Shown piece by piece: positions 9,432-18,517 of a stretch of 64,000 nt of DNA. The stretch's first letter is position 1; every line of letters starts with the position of its first letter. The notes beneath the pieces are model-generated. The model searched no databases and had not been told where the DNA came from. It was given only the letters and a program-made list of their open reading frames with translations. This DNA is from a virus. The stretch is taken from IMG/VR virus record IMGVR_UViG_3300027619_000001. One strand, 5' to 3'. The position numbers and the translations under genes were made by a program.

Positions 9432-9968
9432 ATGGCCAACAATAACAAATGGCGACCAGTCACGCAGGGACCAGCGGCGGAACAGTCACAAGTGGCACAA
9501 GCGGCGCAGGGAGTCGACGATACACCCAATCAGGGCATCAATCCCAGCCCGAATGGCGATCCTCCGGCTCCAGCCCTCACCGATAGTCAATCGGCCACCA
9601 ATCCACCCGCCACGGGGCAGGAATCGGCTTCAACTACCGATCTAGCCGCTCTCGTCGCCAACCTGTCCCCGGAACAGTTAGCCAGGGTCCGGCAACTGGC
9701 CAACGCCCACGGCATCGCGTCCAATATCGGTCCCCGCAAGCTACCCAACGGCAACGTGGTGATCGAAGTCGAGATCCCCGCCGAGGCGGTTGAGCCGTTG
9801 TCTGTATGGGCCGAGGCTGCCGGAGAGCCACTCGCTGCGTTCATCTCCAAAGTGGCAGGGGATGCGATCGTCAATTACACGTTCGGCGACTGGGGGGCGG
9901 TGGCGACGATGGCGACGGTGCCAGCGCCTGTAACCGCGGCTACACCCGAGCCCGTAACCGCAAAGTAG
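9432..9968 (+). CDS. Pro/Ala-rich hypothetical protein
   Basis: ATG 8 nt after ggaggga (track ORF starts at GTG 9411). Low-complexity N-terminal half. Confidence 0.45.
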   Translation: MANNNKWRPVTQGPAAEQSQVAQAAQGVDDTPNQGINPSPNGDPPAPALTDSQSATNPPATGQESASTTDLAALVANLSPEQLARVRQLANAHGIASNIGPRKLPNGNVVIEVEIPAEAVEPLSVWAEAAGEPLAAFISKVAGDAIVNYTFGDWGAVATMATVPAPVTAATPEPVTAK

Positions 9969-9975
9969 GCCAACC

Positions 9976-10329
9976 GTGCCATTTGCCAATCTGCCGCCGC
10001 AAGGCACTCTCTATATCCAAAACTTTAACGGGATCGCATGGGCTCAACCGGGGGGGCCGAACACACCCGTTTATCCACAACAACAGATCGGCGTGCAGTA
10101 CCAATTCGAGCCCACACCGGGATCGATTATCTGGTCGGAGAATAGTGGATTGTGGTCGTTCTCGTGCTCTCACTGGGCTATGGAGCCAATGATATTTCAA
10201 GATTTCGATGAGATGCTGGGAGTAAGTGTTGCTGTGATTACGTGCCCGATTTGCACCTGCGTGAGTCGTTACCAGAGCCCTTACTCCAGCATCCACGACG
10301 TGTTCGCGTACCCGATAATCATTCCCTAG
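9976..10329 (+). CDS. Hypothetical protein (last gene of the rightward block)
   Basis: GTG start. Its stop overlaps the stop of the convergent XRE gene in the palindrome CTAG. Confidence 0.4.
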   Translation: MPFANLPPQGTLYIQNFNGIAWAQPGGPNTPVYPQQQIGVQYQFEPTPGSIIWSENSGLWSFSCSHWAMEPMIFQDFDEMLGVSVAVITCPICTCVSRYQSPYSSIHDVFAYPIIIP

Positions 10330-10781
10330 CCGTCACCCTTCGCCATCCACTCGCACAACCCCAGCAACTCCCTCATACTCACTCCCAGTCCGTCCGCATA
10401 CTCGAATAAAGTCCCCATAATCGGCGTCGCTTTATTCGTTTCGATCTTACATACATGTGTGCGAGGTTTGTGCAGGACGCGCGCCAGTTGTGCCTGAGAC
10501 AAGCCCATACGGACGCGGAGATACCAGACGACGAATGGCAGCCAGAACAACACATCACACGCGGGGCGATAACGGGCTGGAATGGCAATCGGTACAGTCA
10601 TAATAGGCTCGGATACTGTCTCGACCACTTCCACAGGTTCAGCGAACTCCGTGCGGCACCGCCTGCACTTACCGTTTACCGTCTCGAATTGCCGCAACTC
10701 GCAATGCCTGCACCGGACGACATTGCGAGGCGGGACGGAGGGTGACGCAACTATAGTTCCGGACTGAACGACAGAGCCCAT
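10326..10781 (-). CDS. XRE-family HTH regulator with N-terminal zinc ribbon
   Basis: CRHCELRQFETVNGKCRRCR (CxxC...CxxC) followed by the HTH GLSQAQLARVLHKPRTHVCKIETNKATP. I chose the internal Met at 10781, just after the upstream stop at 10786. Confidence 0.6.
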   Translation of the reverse strand: MGSVVQSGTIVASPSVPPRNVVRCRHCELRQFETVNGKCRRCRTEFAEPVEVVETVSEPIMTVPIAIPARYRPACDVLFWLPFVVWYLRVRMGLSQAQLARVLHKPRTHVCKIETNKATPIMGTLFEYADGLGVSMRELLGLCEWMAKGDG

Positions 10782-10785
10782 ATCG

Positions 10786-11121
10786 TTATGCCAGCGGCGC
10801 GATCGGTTGCAACTGTGTAGGGTCCACTTTCGACTTCGCCACCGTATCCGCGGCCAGCGCGGCGGCAATCGCATCGTCAAGGCCAGCGATAATCGACAGC
10901 GCGGACTGCGGCAAGTTGGTCTGGGATTTCAACGTGGCGATAACGCCGGCCAGCGCGGCCAGCACAGTGGTCGGGTCCAGTGTCGTAGTCACCCCCGAAG
11001 CCACCACGGCGTTGAGCGACGAGAATATCGCGGCGACGATGGACTTGATGGAGGTGGAGACTTGGGGAAGGTTCTGGACGACGGAGGAGAGAAGGGATGC
11101 GATCAGCAATGCGAAGGACAT
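10786..11121 (-). CDS. Hydrophobic Ala/Ser/Leu-rich protein
   Basis: 111-aa ORF tightly spaced with its neighbours. Hydrophobic N-terminus MSFALLIASLLSSVV. Confidence 0.4.
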   Translation of the reverse strand: MSFALLIASLLSSVVQNLPQVSTSIKSIVAAIFSSLNAVVASGVTTTLDPTTVLAALAGVIATLKSQTNLPQSALSIIAGLDDAIAAALAADTVAKSKVDPTQLQPIAPLA

Positions 11122-11123
11122 GA

Positions 11124-11534
11124 CTATTTTCCTCCCGTGACTTGGGCTGCGATACCCGTAATATCGGACTGGACTTTGTTGATCGCGGCAGTGACGGGAG
11201 CGGTTGCAGATGCACTACTGTTTCCACCCGCCGCCCGCCACGCTTGGTACACAGTGTTCGCGGTATCGTAGTCGGAGATCGCCTGATTCAATACCATCTT
11301 GAGCGTCAGCGTCTCAGTCACCTTCCCACTCGCAACATCGGCCTTGAAGGAATTCAACGCGGCCTGCGCATCATACAGTACGCGATAACTGTAGGCGTCG
11401 AAGGTTGACAACTGTCCCGGCACTGGAGCGACTGCCGCGTGGTTAGCGCACGCGTTTGTCAGGAGTGAAAGCGAAAGCAGCATAAGGAGCGGCGGCAACA
11501 GCCTCCGCATCGGTCGATACTTCGATATCGGCAT
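11124..11534 (-). CDS. Lipoprotein (lipobox LTNAC)
   Basis: MPISKYRPMRRLLPPLLMLLSLSLLTNA|C. ATG preceded by gaagggag. Confidence 0.5.
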   Translation of the reverse strand: MPISKYRPMRRLLPPLLMLLSLSLLTNACANHAAVAPVPGQLSTFDAYSYRVLYDAQAALNSFKADVASGKVTETLTLKMVLNQAISDYDTANTVYQAWRAAGGNSSASATAPVTAAINKVQSDITGIAAQVTGGK

Positions 11535-11787
11535 TGGTACTCCCTTCGTTGGTTGGAATTGGTGCAATTGTAGTCGAATTCGTCCGGCTGTCAAGGAACG
11601 GTTGGAGAATGCGATGGAGGCAGGATTCTCCGCAGATTATTTTGACGCCGTTTTCCTTGGAACCAAAATCACTCCAGTGCTCGATTACAAAATGCTGATC
11701 GGAGCCGTCGAAGACCAACAGCCATTTGTTAGCGATCTTCTTCTCGGCACCGCACACGTCGCAGCAAGCTTTGGTCGTCCAGCCCAT
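11443..11787 (-). CDS. Cys-rich (zinc-ribbon-like) hypothetical protein
   Basis: ATG 11787 preceded by a strong RBS (aaaggagg). CCDVCG...CGESCLH. Confidence 0.45.
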   Translation of the reverse strand: MGWTTKACCDVCGAEKKIANKWLLVFDGSDQHFVIEHWSDFGSKENGVKIICGESCLHRILQPFLDSRTNSTTIAPIPTNEGSTNADIEVSTDAEAVAAAPYAAFAFTPDKRVR

Positions 11788-11996
11788 TACGATTGCCTCC
11801 TTTCTGGATTCCTCCACACCAGATACGCCCGCTTGCTGTGCGCGTGCGCGACCAATGCCTCGCACGGCCATTCCTGACACGCGAGTACTGGTCCTCCACT
11901 GTGATCACATTGAGTCACCGCGTCGTGGAGATCGGGAGTGTAGGTGTTGGTGCGCGGGGATTTGACGAGCGTGCGGAATGGATGACCGTTGGCCAT
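11787..11996 (-). CDS. Small hypothetical protein
   Basis: RBS gggagga before ATG 11996. Its stop overlaps the next start (TAATG). Confidence 0.4.
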   Translation of the reverse strand: MANGHPFRTLVKSPRTNTYTPDLHDAVTQCDHSGGPVLACQEWPCEALVAHAHSKRAYLVWRNPERRQS

Positions 11997-12000
11997 ATTG

Positions 12001-12315
12001 TTACCGTCCTCCCACTCCCGGCATTGCCATCGTCGCCTTTACAAAATGCCGCATATCCGCGTTGTCGTCGGTATACGCTATGTCGTGCAATTGCATCCCT
12101 AGTTGCAGGATCGGCGGGTTGTCGAAATACATCTCGAACAGTTCATGGTTGGGACGCATGAACCAGAAGATGTGAGAGTTGACGTAAACGACCTGGCAGT
12201 CCCAAGTGTGTTTGAGTGGGTGATGCCACTTGCGGATCGCGGAATCGGTGCCCATGCCGATCCAGAACCAGCACAGAGCGATGAACAGCATGAGAGGGAG
12301 AGCGCGACGGTTCAC
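12001..12315 (-). CDS. Membrane protein
   Basis: GTG 12315 overlaps the upstream stop (GTGA). TM LPLMLFIALCWFWIGMG. Confidence 0.45.
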   Translation of the reverse strand: MNRRALPLMLFIALCWFWIGMGTDSAIRKWHHPLKHTWDCQVVYVNSHIFWFMRPNHELFEMYFDNPPILQLGMQLHDIAYTDDNADMRHFVKATMAMPGVGGR

Positions 12316-12749
12316 AGTTCGTCCTCGTCTGGTTTGCCGACCTGCACATACCTCGATCCTTTGCCCGTCTTCATGCACTCCGCGATCACCATCGCGCTGA
12401 CCCCCTTCTCCAGCAACTTTTTGGCATCCACTCTACGGCTTCCCTTCTTCTCCACGATGTTCACTGGGTAGCCAATGCAGGTTACGTGCTCCTCTCCAGC
12501 GACATCCAGCGCGGTGACCAGAGCCTCCTTCAATTCTTTGAGGATACCGTTGCGGAACTTGATCTCGTTCTGGATGTCGGTCACCTTATCGACCATTTGG
12601 TCGAAAGTCAGCAACTTTTCGCCGTCTTTGAGCTTGATCCGTTGCTTGAATCGTTTAAGTTCCGGTATCGAGTCCCATTCCTTCACGGGCATCGACTGTT
12701 CGATCTCCGCCGCCAGTCTTGCCATCTGCGCGCGCGCTAAAGCTGTCAT
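12312..12749 (-). CDS. Hypothetical phage protein
   Basis: 145-aa ORF with charged, helical composition. No recognisable motif. Confidence 0.5.
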   Translation of the reverse strand: MTALARAQMARLAAEIEQSMPVKEWDSIPELKRFKQRIKLKDGEKLLTFDQMVDKVTDIQNEIKFRNGILKELKEALVTALDVAGEEHVTCIGYPVNIVEKKGSRRVDAKKLLEKGVSAMVIAECMKTGKGSRYVQVGKPDEDEL

Positions 12750-12765
12750 GAAATTGTCGTCCTCT

Positions 12766-12969
12766 CTATTGTTCGATTTCGTTCTTGGTCAATTCCCGCT
12801 GAATACGCATCCACATATCGTAGGGTACAAGCACCGCCTCCTCTTCGATCTGCCAGATGTCGTCGAAATGCTTGAACGCTTCGATTTCACATCGTTGCAT
12901 CTCGCGGACCTTGGTCTTGAATCGAGTAAACGTGTGGTATTTGACCCGCTCATCAAAGAATAGTGCCAT
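12766..12969 (-). CDS. Small hypothetical protein
   Basis: Internal Met (MALFFDE) chosen over the track start at 12987. Overlaps the upstream gene end by 17 nt. Confidence 0.4.
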   Translation of the reverse strand: MALFFDERVKYHTFTRFKTKVREMQRCEIEAFKHFDDIWQIEEEAVLVPYDMWMRIQRELTKNEIEQ

Positions 12970-13162
12970 CACCCGTTCCCCCACCAATCACTATCTCCAT
13001 CCTTCCATTCGCGCCAGCCACCAATTCCACCACCTGTCCATCCCCTACACCCATCAGATCGACAATCTCCTCGGGCACCGTCATCTCGGTCACGGTATGG
13101 ACGGTCGATGAGTACTGATGGCGGCGGAGGCGAACCGACCGAGTTACAGTTTCACTAGCCAT
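12953..13162 (-). CDS. AbrB/SpoVT/MazE-like DNA-binding protein
   Basis: EMTVPEEIVDLMGVGDGQVVELV fits the swapped-hairpin SpoVT-AbrB pattern (tIPkei...lgl..Gd.v.l). Confidence 0.5.
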   Translation of the reverse strand: MASETVTRSVRLRRHQYSSTVHTVTEMTVPEEIVDLMGVGDGQVVELVAGANGRMEIVIGGGTGDGTIL

Positions 13163-13403
13163 CCGCTTTTGTGACCTTGATCCACTTCTCCGTTCTATGC
13201 GCTTTCACCAGCACCGTATCCCCGGCCTCCAGTCCCGTCAACTCCACCACCGCTTTGGGGATCGTCATGGCCAGTCCGCTGTCCTTGGCTTTCCCTCGCG
13301 ACCGGAACACGGTCATGGCGCGGATCACAACGTTCCCGCCCGTATCGACTGGCGGGCTGGTCGAGCGCTGCTTTGCCGTTCTCTCCGTTCCCCTCTTTGT
13401 CAT
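13155..13403 (-). CDS. AbrB/SpoVT/MazE-like DNA-binding protein
   Basis: AMTIPKAVVELTGLEAGDTVLVKA. It is the first gene after promoter 13410..13438, and its ATG lies only 6 nt from the -10 box. Confidence 0.6.
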   Translation of the reverse strand: MTKRGTERTAKQRSTSPPVDTGGNVVIRAMTVFRSRGKAKDSGLAMTIPKAVVELTGLEAGDTVLVKAHRTEKWIKVTKADG

Positions 13404-13409
13404 ATCGTT

Positions 13410-13438
13410 AGCATATCGTTAGATATCGGCGATGTCAA
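13410..13438 (-). promoter_or_regulatory. Sigma70-like promoter with embedded palindromic operator
   Basis: Minus strand: TTGACA (13438..13433), 17-nt spacer, TATGCT (13415..13410). The spacer and -10 box carry ATATCTAACGATAT. CATATCGTTAG is tandemly duplicated at 13401..13422. Confidence 0.55.
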
Positions 13439-13457
13439 GGAAAATCCGCAACTTATC

Positions 13458-13676
13458 TCAACTCCCCTGATCCGACCACTCCATGCCGCAACTATCGCAC
13501 ACGATATTGCCCTTGCGGATAATCAGGACGTGGCCGGTCCCATCCTCACGTTGACACTTGTCCAGTTTCTCTCTGTAACGAGATACTGCGTCAACAAGAC
13601 TTGTGGGAAGCAAACGATATCGTGTTGTTGTCGGAACTATTTTCACCTGCACATCCTCATTGGCTGCGATAACCAT
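13458..13676 (-). CDS. Small hypothetical protein
   Basis: 72-aa ORF. C-terminal CDSCG. Confidence 0.45.
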   Translation of the reverse strand: MVIAANEDVQVKIVPTTTRYRLLPTSLVDAVSRYREKLDKCQREDGTGHVLIIRKGNIVCDSCGMEWSDQGS

Positions 13677-13705
13677 AATTAGTTCTCCTTTGATCGACTT
13701 ACGAT

Positions 13706-14017
13706 TTAGAATTCAAACTTAAACTTATGGGACGGAGGTATGGCGGTTAGCCACTGTCCTCCGTCCGTTCCACGAGCGCCACTATTGCAGTCCAATAGCG
13801 ATTGCCTGCGCCGCAGAAATTGTTGTGCGCTGGTGCCGCTGTACCCAGCCACGCACTCATCGCAGTTGTACAATTGCATCCTCGGCTGTCTCTCGCCGTT
13901 CACGATTAATTCGTGCCCACATTCCAATTTCACCACCCACTGCCTGCACGGCACGTCGTCGCTGTACGGGGATTTGGCGATCTTGACGGGACGCATTCTC
14001 AATCGACGGATGCCCAT
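13706..14017 (-). CDS. Cys-rich hypothetical protein
   Basis: Met at 14017, 1 nt after the polA stop. CRQW...CGH...CDEC. Confidence 0.45.
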   Translation of the reverse strand: MGIRRLRMRPVKIAKSPYSDDVPCRQWVVKLECGHELIVNGERQPRMQLYNCDECVAGYSGTSAQQFLRRRQSLLDCNSGARGTDGGQWLTAIPPSHKFKFEF

Positions 14018-14018
14018 G

Positions 14019-16223
14019 TCAGTGTTTCGCCGCTCCCCAGCTTGGCCCAAAATCGCCCTCCGCCTCTAGCGGCACCCTCAGCTGCGTCGTCGTTGTCAGC
14101 GCCCCTATCACCACTCGATGCACCAACTCCCGGCACTCCGGCTCATCCGGCAATTCGTGAATCACTTCATCATGAACGGGCAGTAAAGGCTCCACCCCCG
14201 CCACGCGCCTCAACCCATCCCACATCGCCATCATGGCGCGTTTCAGTATCGTATTCGCACTAGTCTGGATCAGATGCGCGTACGAGCACCTCTCGGCTTC
14301 CGCTCTTACCTTGGGAATCGGCGACCATATCTGAGGCAGATATCTCATCCTGCCACTCAGGGGATCGACCGCCAATCCAGTCGCTCTGGTTCGCTCCATG
14401 CAATCACTCTGAAACCGTTTCGCGCCGGGGTAGATCTCATACCACGTATCGAGCATCGACTGGCAATCGTCTTCGGTCCATCTCGATCCGTCCTGCCGGT
14501 ACGCGCGGAACTTGATCATCTGGATACGCAGCCCGTATGCCTGGCCGCCGTTGATGATAAAAAAATTGACCACCTTCCCGGCCTGGCGCTGGTACTTTTC
14601 GATCCGCGATATCGGAGTTCCAAACATATCCGACGCCGACCGGGTATGCACGTCCCATTTCAGCTTCTCATCGTCCTTTGCCTCATGGCCCTTGATGAAT
14701 ATCTCGCACAACTTCTCATCCCGCGACAGATGCGCGAACGTTCTCATCTCCACGGTACTCAAATCGGCATCGTGAATTACTTTGCCCTCCGGTGCCACGA
14801 ACCCATATCGGCATTCCGAGCCCAATTCCGACCGCACCGGGATGGACAGCAGATTCATCGGCTCGGCGGTGGATATCCGGCCCGTGACTTGTCGAGTGAG
14901 TTTGAATGTCGCTCGTGCGCGCCTATCCCCAGTGGACGCCATCAACCTCAGCGGCTTGACATACGTGCCCTTGAGTTTGCTGGCCTCGCGGTAATCTTCG
15001 ATATGCTCGATGATCGGGGATAACGGTAGCAACTCCTCCAGACACTTATCGTCGGTAGACCCCCTCACGTCCCCGGACTCCCCGCCATCCGTCATGCGCG
15101 GTGGGGTCAATCCCAGTCCCCCCTTCGATACCGGACTGTACAACAATTCCGCTACCTGATCTCCCGAGCCGGGATTGATATCGCGCCCGGTTGCTTGAAA
15201 TATCCGCCACTTCGCCACCTCCATCTGGTTATCGCATTTGTCGTCCAGCGCATCCCAGAACTCCGGCCCCGCGAGTCCAATCCCCACCGCGGACATCCGG
15301 TCAATCATGGGAACGATCCCGTGGTCGATACGGCAGGCTTCCTCCAATCCCATAGCTTTGACTTTTTCGATCAATGGCCGCGTGATCCGGAATTGTGCGT
15401 CGGCATCGCGGCTGCCATATCGAATTGCCCTATCGATATCGATATCGTCCATCGTTGGCGTGGGCATGTCGCCAATCACCGCTATGACAGGTTCCTTGGC
15501 GGCATCGGTCAATTTCATCCACCGCTTGCGTGGATCAACGGGCGAGCCGTCCTTGAGTACTTTCCCCGACTCCACGTCGGCGATAATCCGGGTGACCAGC
15601 TTGCCGACGCCTTGGGGCTTTTCTACGCGGGTGCCGTTCCCGTCAGACACGATCTCGGGCTCGGGCTCAGGCCATGACTGGATGAGAGTCGATTCGGGCT
15701 CGGGAGGCGGCTCCAGTGTCGGTGCAGATCCTTCCTTGGCCTTCTTTCTCTTCTTCTTTATCTTTGCCGCCAACTCCACCCACGGCGCGTCCACCGCCGA
15801 TGCCACTCTCCTCAGATACTCCATCGCGATCCCGTGCCCCACATCCCCGATCAGATCGCTATAGTCCTCCTGATGCATCCCGGCGTGACGGTAGCACAAC
15901 GCCTTCAACCCGCCCGGTTCCACGCATAGCAGATACGCGAGTATCCCGGTATCGACAAACGGTATGTCCTCGCCCGCGATATCGATGCCCATGCCGCGGA
16001 GTTGCGCGAAGTCATTGAGCATCGCGTAGTGGAGAGAGACGAGCACGCGGTCGCGACTCGCGTATAACCAATCACGGAGTTTGCGTACAGCCACGGTATC
16101 CGTGGATCGGATCATGTACCCGGTACCGGGACGGAGGGAGATTTGCGCCGACCACGGTTGATCGGGAGAGCCTTCGCAATCAATCCCCACGATGATACGA
16201 TTGCCGATATCCAGCAGGCTCAC
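14019..16223 (-). CDS. polA: Family A DNA polymerase with 3'-5' exonuclease domain
   Basis: Exo I GIDCEG. Motif A DLSTVEMRTFAHLS. Motif B RQAGKVVNFFIINGGQAYGL. Motif C LLPVHDEVIHE. GTG start overlaps the upstream stop (GTGA). Confidence 0.9.
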   Translation of the reverse strand: MSLLDIGNRIIVGIDCEGSPDQPWSAQISLRPGTGYMIRSTDTVAVRKLRDWLYASRDRVLVSLHYAMLNDFAQLRGMGIDIAGEDIPFVDTGILAYLLCVEPGGLKALCYRHAGMHQEDYSDLIGDVGHGIAMEYLRRVASAVDAPWVELAAKIKKKRKKAKEGSAPTLEPPPEPESTLIQSWPEPEPEIVSDGNGTRVEKPQGVGKLVTRIIADVESGKVLKDGSPVDPRKRWMKLTDAAKEPVIAVIGDMPTPTMDDIDIDRAIRYGSRDADAQFRITRPLIEKVKAMGLEEACRIDHGIVPMIDRMSAVGIGLAGPEFWDALDDKCDNQMEVAKWRIFQATGRDINPGSGDQVAELLYSPVSKGGLGLTPPRMTDGGESGDVRGSTDDKCLEELLPLSPIIEHIEDYREASKLKGTYVKPLRLMASTGDRRARATFKLTRQVTGRISTAEPMNLLSIPVRSELGSECRYGFVAPEGKVIHDADLSTVEMRTFAHLSRDEKLCEIFIKGHEAKDDEKLKWDVHTRSASDMFGTPISRIEKYQRQAGKVVNFFIINGGQAYGLRIQMIKFRAYRQDGSRWTEDDCQSMLDTWYEIYPGAKRFQSDCMERTRATGLAVDPLSGRMRYLPQIWSPIPKVRAEAERCSYAHLIQTSANTILKRAMMAMWDGLRRVAGVEPLLPVHDEVIHELPDEPECRELVHRVVIGALTTTTQLRVPLEAEGDFGPSWGAAKH

Positions 16224-16922
16224 AGTACGCTCCTGAGTATCGCATCCAATTCCTTCTCCTTGACCATCCGGTAATCGAGATCGGATTCGGGCACATCGTC
16301 CTCGACGGGGGATATCTCCTCATCCAACAACCGACCAAGCGACTGCACATCGTCAAAAACGAGGTTCAAGCTGTCCGCTGAGTGCGCCGCCGACGCCGGA
16401 TGAATCATCGGGAGCACGATCCATTCCCCTTCCAGTTCCCCACCGAATAGTTCAGTCACTCGGATCGGCACACCATGACATTTATCCAGCTCCGGCTTGC
16501 GATACAGCACATGCTCGACCGACCACGCGCCGATTAACACAATCACTCTCGGCGCGCATAACAGTATCTCGGCCACGAGTTCATCATGATCGTCGGCGAT
16601 ATCCTGCGCGGTTGGCTTTTGGTAGTCGCGGTAGGATTTCACCAGATTTGTAACGTATAACGATGCGCGATCGATGGCAGCGGCTTCGAGACATAGATTG
16701 AGATATTTCCCCGAGATACCGACAAACGGTTTACCTTTACGCGCCTCTTCAAAGTCCGGGCCGTTCGCCGATCAACATGCAATCGGCTGGAACAGGCCCT
16801 TCTCCCGGTACTCGTTTTAGCGGTCGGTTGGCGAACGGATCAAACTTGCGAAATGACGGGCGTGCCGGCGTTCCAGTGTCGGGAAACGGTGGATCGAAAG
16901 AGGTAGGCGATTGGGGAGGCAT
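16220..16922 (-). pseudogene. UDG-superfamily (family 4/5-like) gene in two frames joined at CTT TGA (16754..16749): programmed +1 frameshift, 1-nt error or pseudogene
   Basis: ORF A runs from ATG 16922 to TGA 16749 and ends ...PADCMLIGERPGL*. The +1 frame continues EEARKGKPFVGISGKYL...VLPMIHPASAAHS down to 16220. Joining them gives the canonical GE.PG-x8-PFVG spacing. Confidence 0.55.
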
Positions 16923-16928
16923 AGGCGA

Positions 16929-17348
16929 TTACAGCCTGCACGTCTGGATTACCTGGTTATCACTGTTGTAAACCTCAACCACTCCATCGAACAGCGCGTT
17001 GTCCACGAGCAGCCTCACTCCGATAAACTCGACCGCTACCAGTTGTTCGGTGGACATGCCCGCAGTGTCGATCTCACATGGGTTTACTCTCTTCAACAAT
17101 TCATCCCGAGTCGGTTGATTCATCTTCATGTACGCGGCGATCTTCTTGCGCGGGTAGACGGTATCAATGGCATCCAGAGAGGCTTTAATGGACGCGAGAT
17201 CAATACGCGGCGCGGGCTGCGACCGAGTAACAGTCCCCATGTATTGCAGCAGGTTGTCATGCTCGGGCCGAGTGGGTATCTCAATTTCACCTTCCGGCCA
17301 AACGCCGATCTCGGAGATGTGCATGTACCGCTTCGGATCGTCTGTCAT
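16929..17348 (-). CDS. Hypothetical protein
   Basis: ATG 17348 overlaps the upstream stop (ATGA). The track start at 17399 is probably too long. Confidence 0.5.
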   Translation of the reverse strand: MTDDPKRYMHISEIGVWPEGEIEIPTRPEHDNLLQYMGTVTRSQPAPRIDLASIKASLDAIDTVYPRKKIAAYMKMNQPTRDELLKRVNPCEIDTAGMSTEQLVAVEFIGVRLLVDNALFDGVVEVYNSDNQVIQTCRL

Positions 17349-17656
17349 TCCACCCACCCCTCCACAGGCAATATCGTCACAAATCTCGCATTCGTCCAAC
17401 GGAACACTTCCCCGTCGTACAACTTTTTGATGTAGTACACCGTCTCCAGAGGCTCCGGCATCCCCTCTTCTTCCTCATTCCACGGTGGCTCATCTTCTTC
17501 TCGCGGATACGGTTCCCGTGTGATCTTATCGAGGAACCCGATCGCGTTATCGACTTTCAAGTAATCATACGGACCCGGATGTGGCTTGTCGCCCTGCCGC
17601 CACCATCCAGCAGTGGATGTCTCGATCACCACATCTCCGGGCTTGGGTGCTTCCAT
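17345..17656 (-). CDS. Hypothetical protein
   Basis: 103-aa ORF coupled to the next gene. Confidence 0.5.
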   Translation of the reverse strand: MEAPKPGDVVIETSTAGWWRQGDKPHPGPYDYLKVDNAIGFLDKITREPYPREEDEPPWNEEEEGMPEPLETVYYIKKLYDGEVFRWTNARFVTILPVEGWVE

Positions 17657-17731
17657 ACGGTGATAGCGGCGGGTATTCGATGGACAGGAATTGCCGACAT
17701 GTAAATCGCGGTCGGTGTCTTGGTGTCGGTT

Positions 17732-18517
17732 TCAGCGTCCTGTGCCATTCCCATTTCCCCCGTGCAACGCTCTCACTATTTTCTGCGCACTCAATTTCCC
17801 GATACCGTCTATGGATGCCCAGTCACTCTCACTCGCACTCACCATGTCAGCGACACTCTTAAATCTCGCCGCCACAGCCGCGCTCCTTGTCCTACCCACA
17901 TTCGGCAACTGAGCCGCGATCATCCGGCTGATTGACGGGCGCACGAGCAGTGCTCTGTCAAACAATTCTCCGCGCATGCTGTCATACACCGCGAGATGAC
18001 TTTCATGCTCGTCCCATCCCCGCGTCCACCAACTGTGCAACACCTGGACCCAGTTCGCGGCCATCTCGTAGTCGTCCACGATAGCCACCCTCACGCCGGC
18101 CTTGTGAGTCAAAGTATGCAGCCACATCTGGAGATCATGCCAGAGAAAACTCCTCCGCCTGCCGTGACTCGCATCCTTCCAGTACCCTTCGGATTTCCCC
18201 CGCTGAACCTGATACTCCAAAACTCCATCCCGCGCCCGCGCCCGGAATACGCCAATCACCAGTAACCAAACCTCATCGTAGGTCTGTAACATGCCCGGCA
18301 ATTGATGTCCGCTAAATCTGCTGTCCTGAATACAGGCGAGTAAATCTCCCAAAACTTTTACCTCGGCGGTCACTGTCAAAGGCACGCCTCGCGGGCCAGT
18401 ACCACAGAACGCAACGTCACCGAACTCCAACCGTCCCAACTCCACGGGCACGCCACGCCGACGAAGGAGAGGTTCCAATTGTGCCGAGCCCGCGCGGGGA
18501 TCAATCGTTATGCACAT
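17732..18517 (-). CDS. ERCC4 (XPF/Mus81/Hef)-type nuclease with C-terminal helix-hairpin-helix
   Basis: FGDVAF...TAEVKVLGDLLACIQDSRFSGHQ fits GDx(n)ERKx3D...Q. C-terminal HhH: SIDGIGKLSAQKIVRAL. Confidence 0.6.
   Translation of the reverse strand: MCITIDPRAGSAQLEPLLRRRGVPVELGRLEFGDVAFCGTGPRGVPLTVTAEVKVLGDLLACIQDSRFSGHQLPGMLQTYDEVWLLVIGVFRARARDGVLEYQVQRGKSEGYWKDASHGRRRSFLWHDLQMWLHTLTHKAGVRVAIVDDYEMAANWVQVLHSWWTRGWDEHESHLAVYDSMRGELFDRALLVRPSISRMIAAQLPNVGRTRSAAVAARFKSVADMVSASESDWASIDGIGKLSAQKIVRALHGGNGNGTGR

Noticed and set aside
17626-17748. 41-codon ORF bridging the gap between the ERCC4 gene and gene 17345..17656.
   Set aside because: It overlaps both neighbours out of frame and has no RBS or motif. 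I left the gap unannotated.
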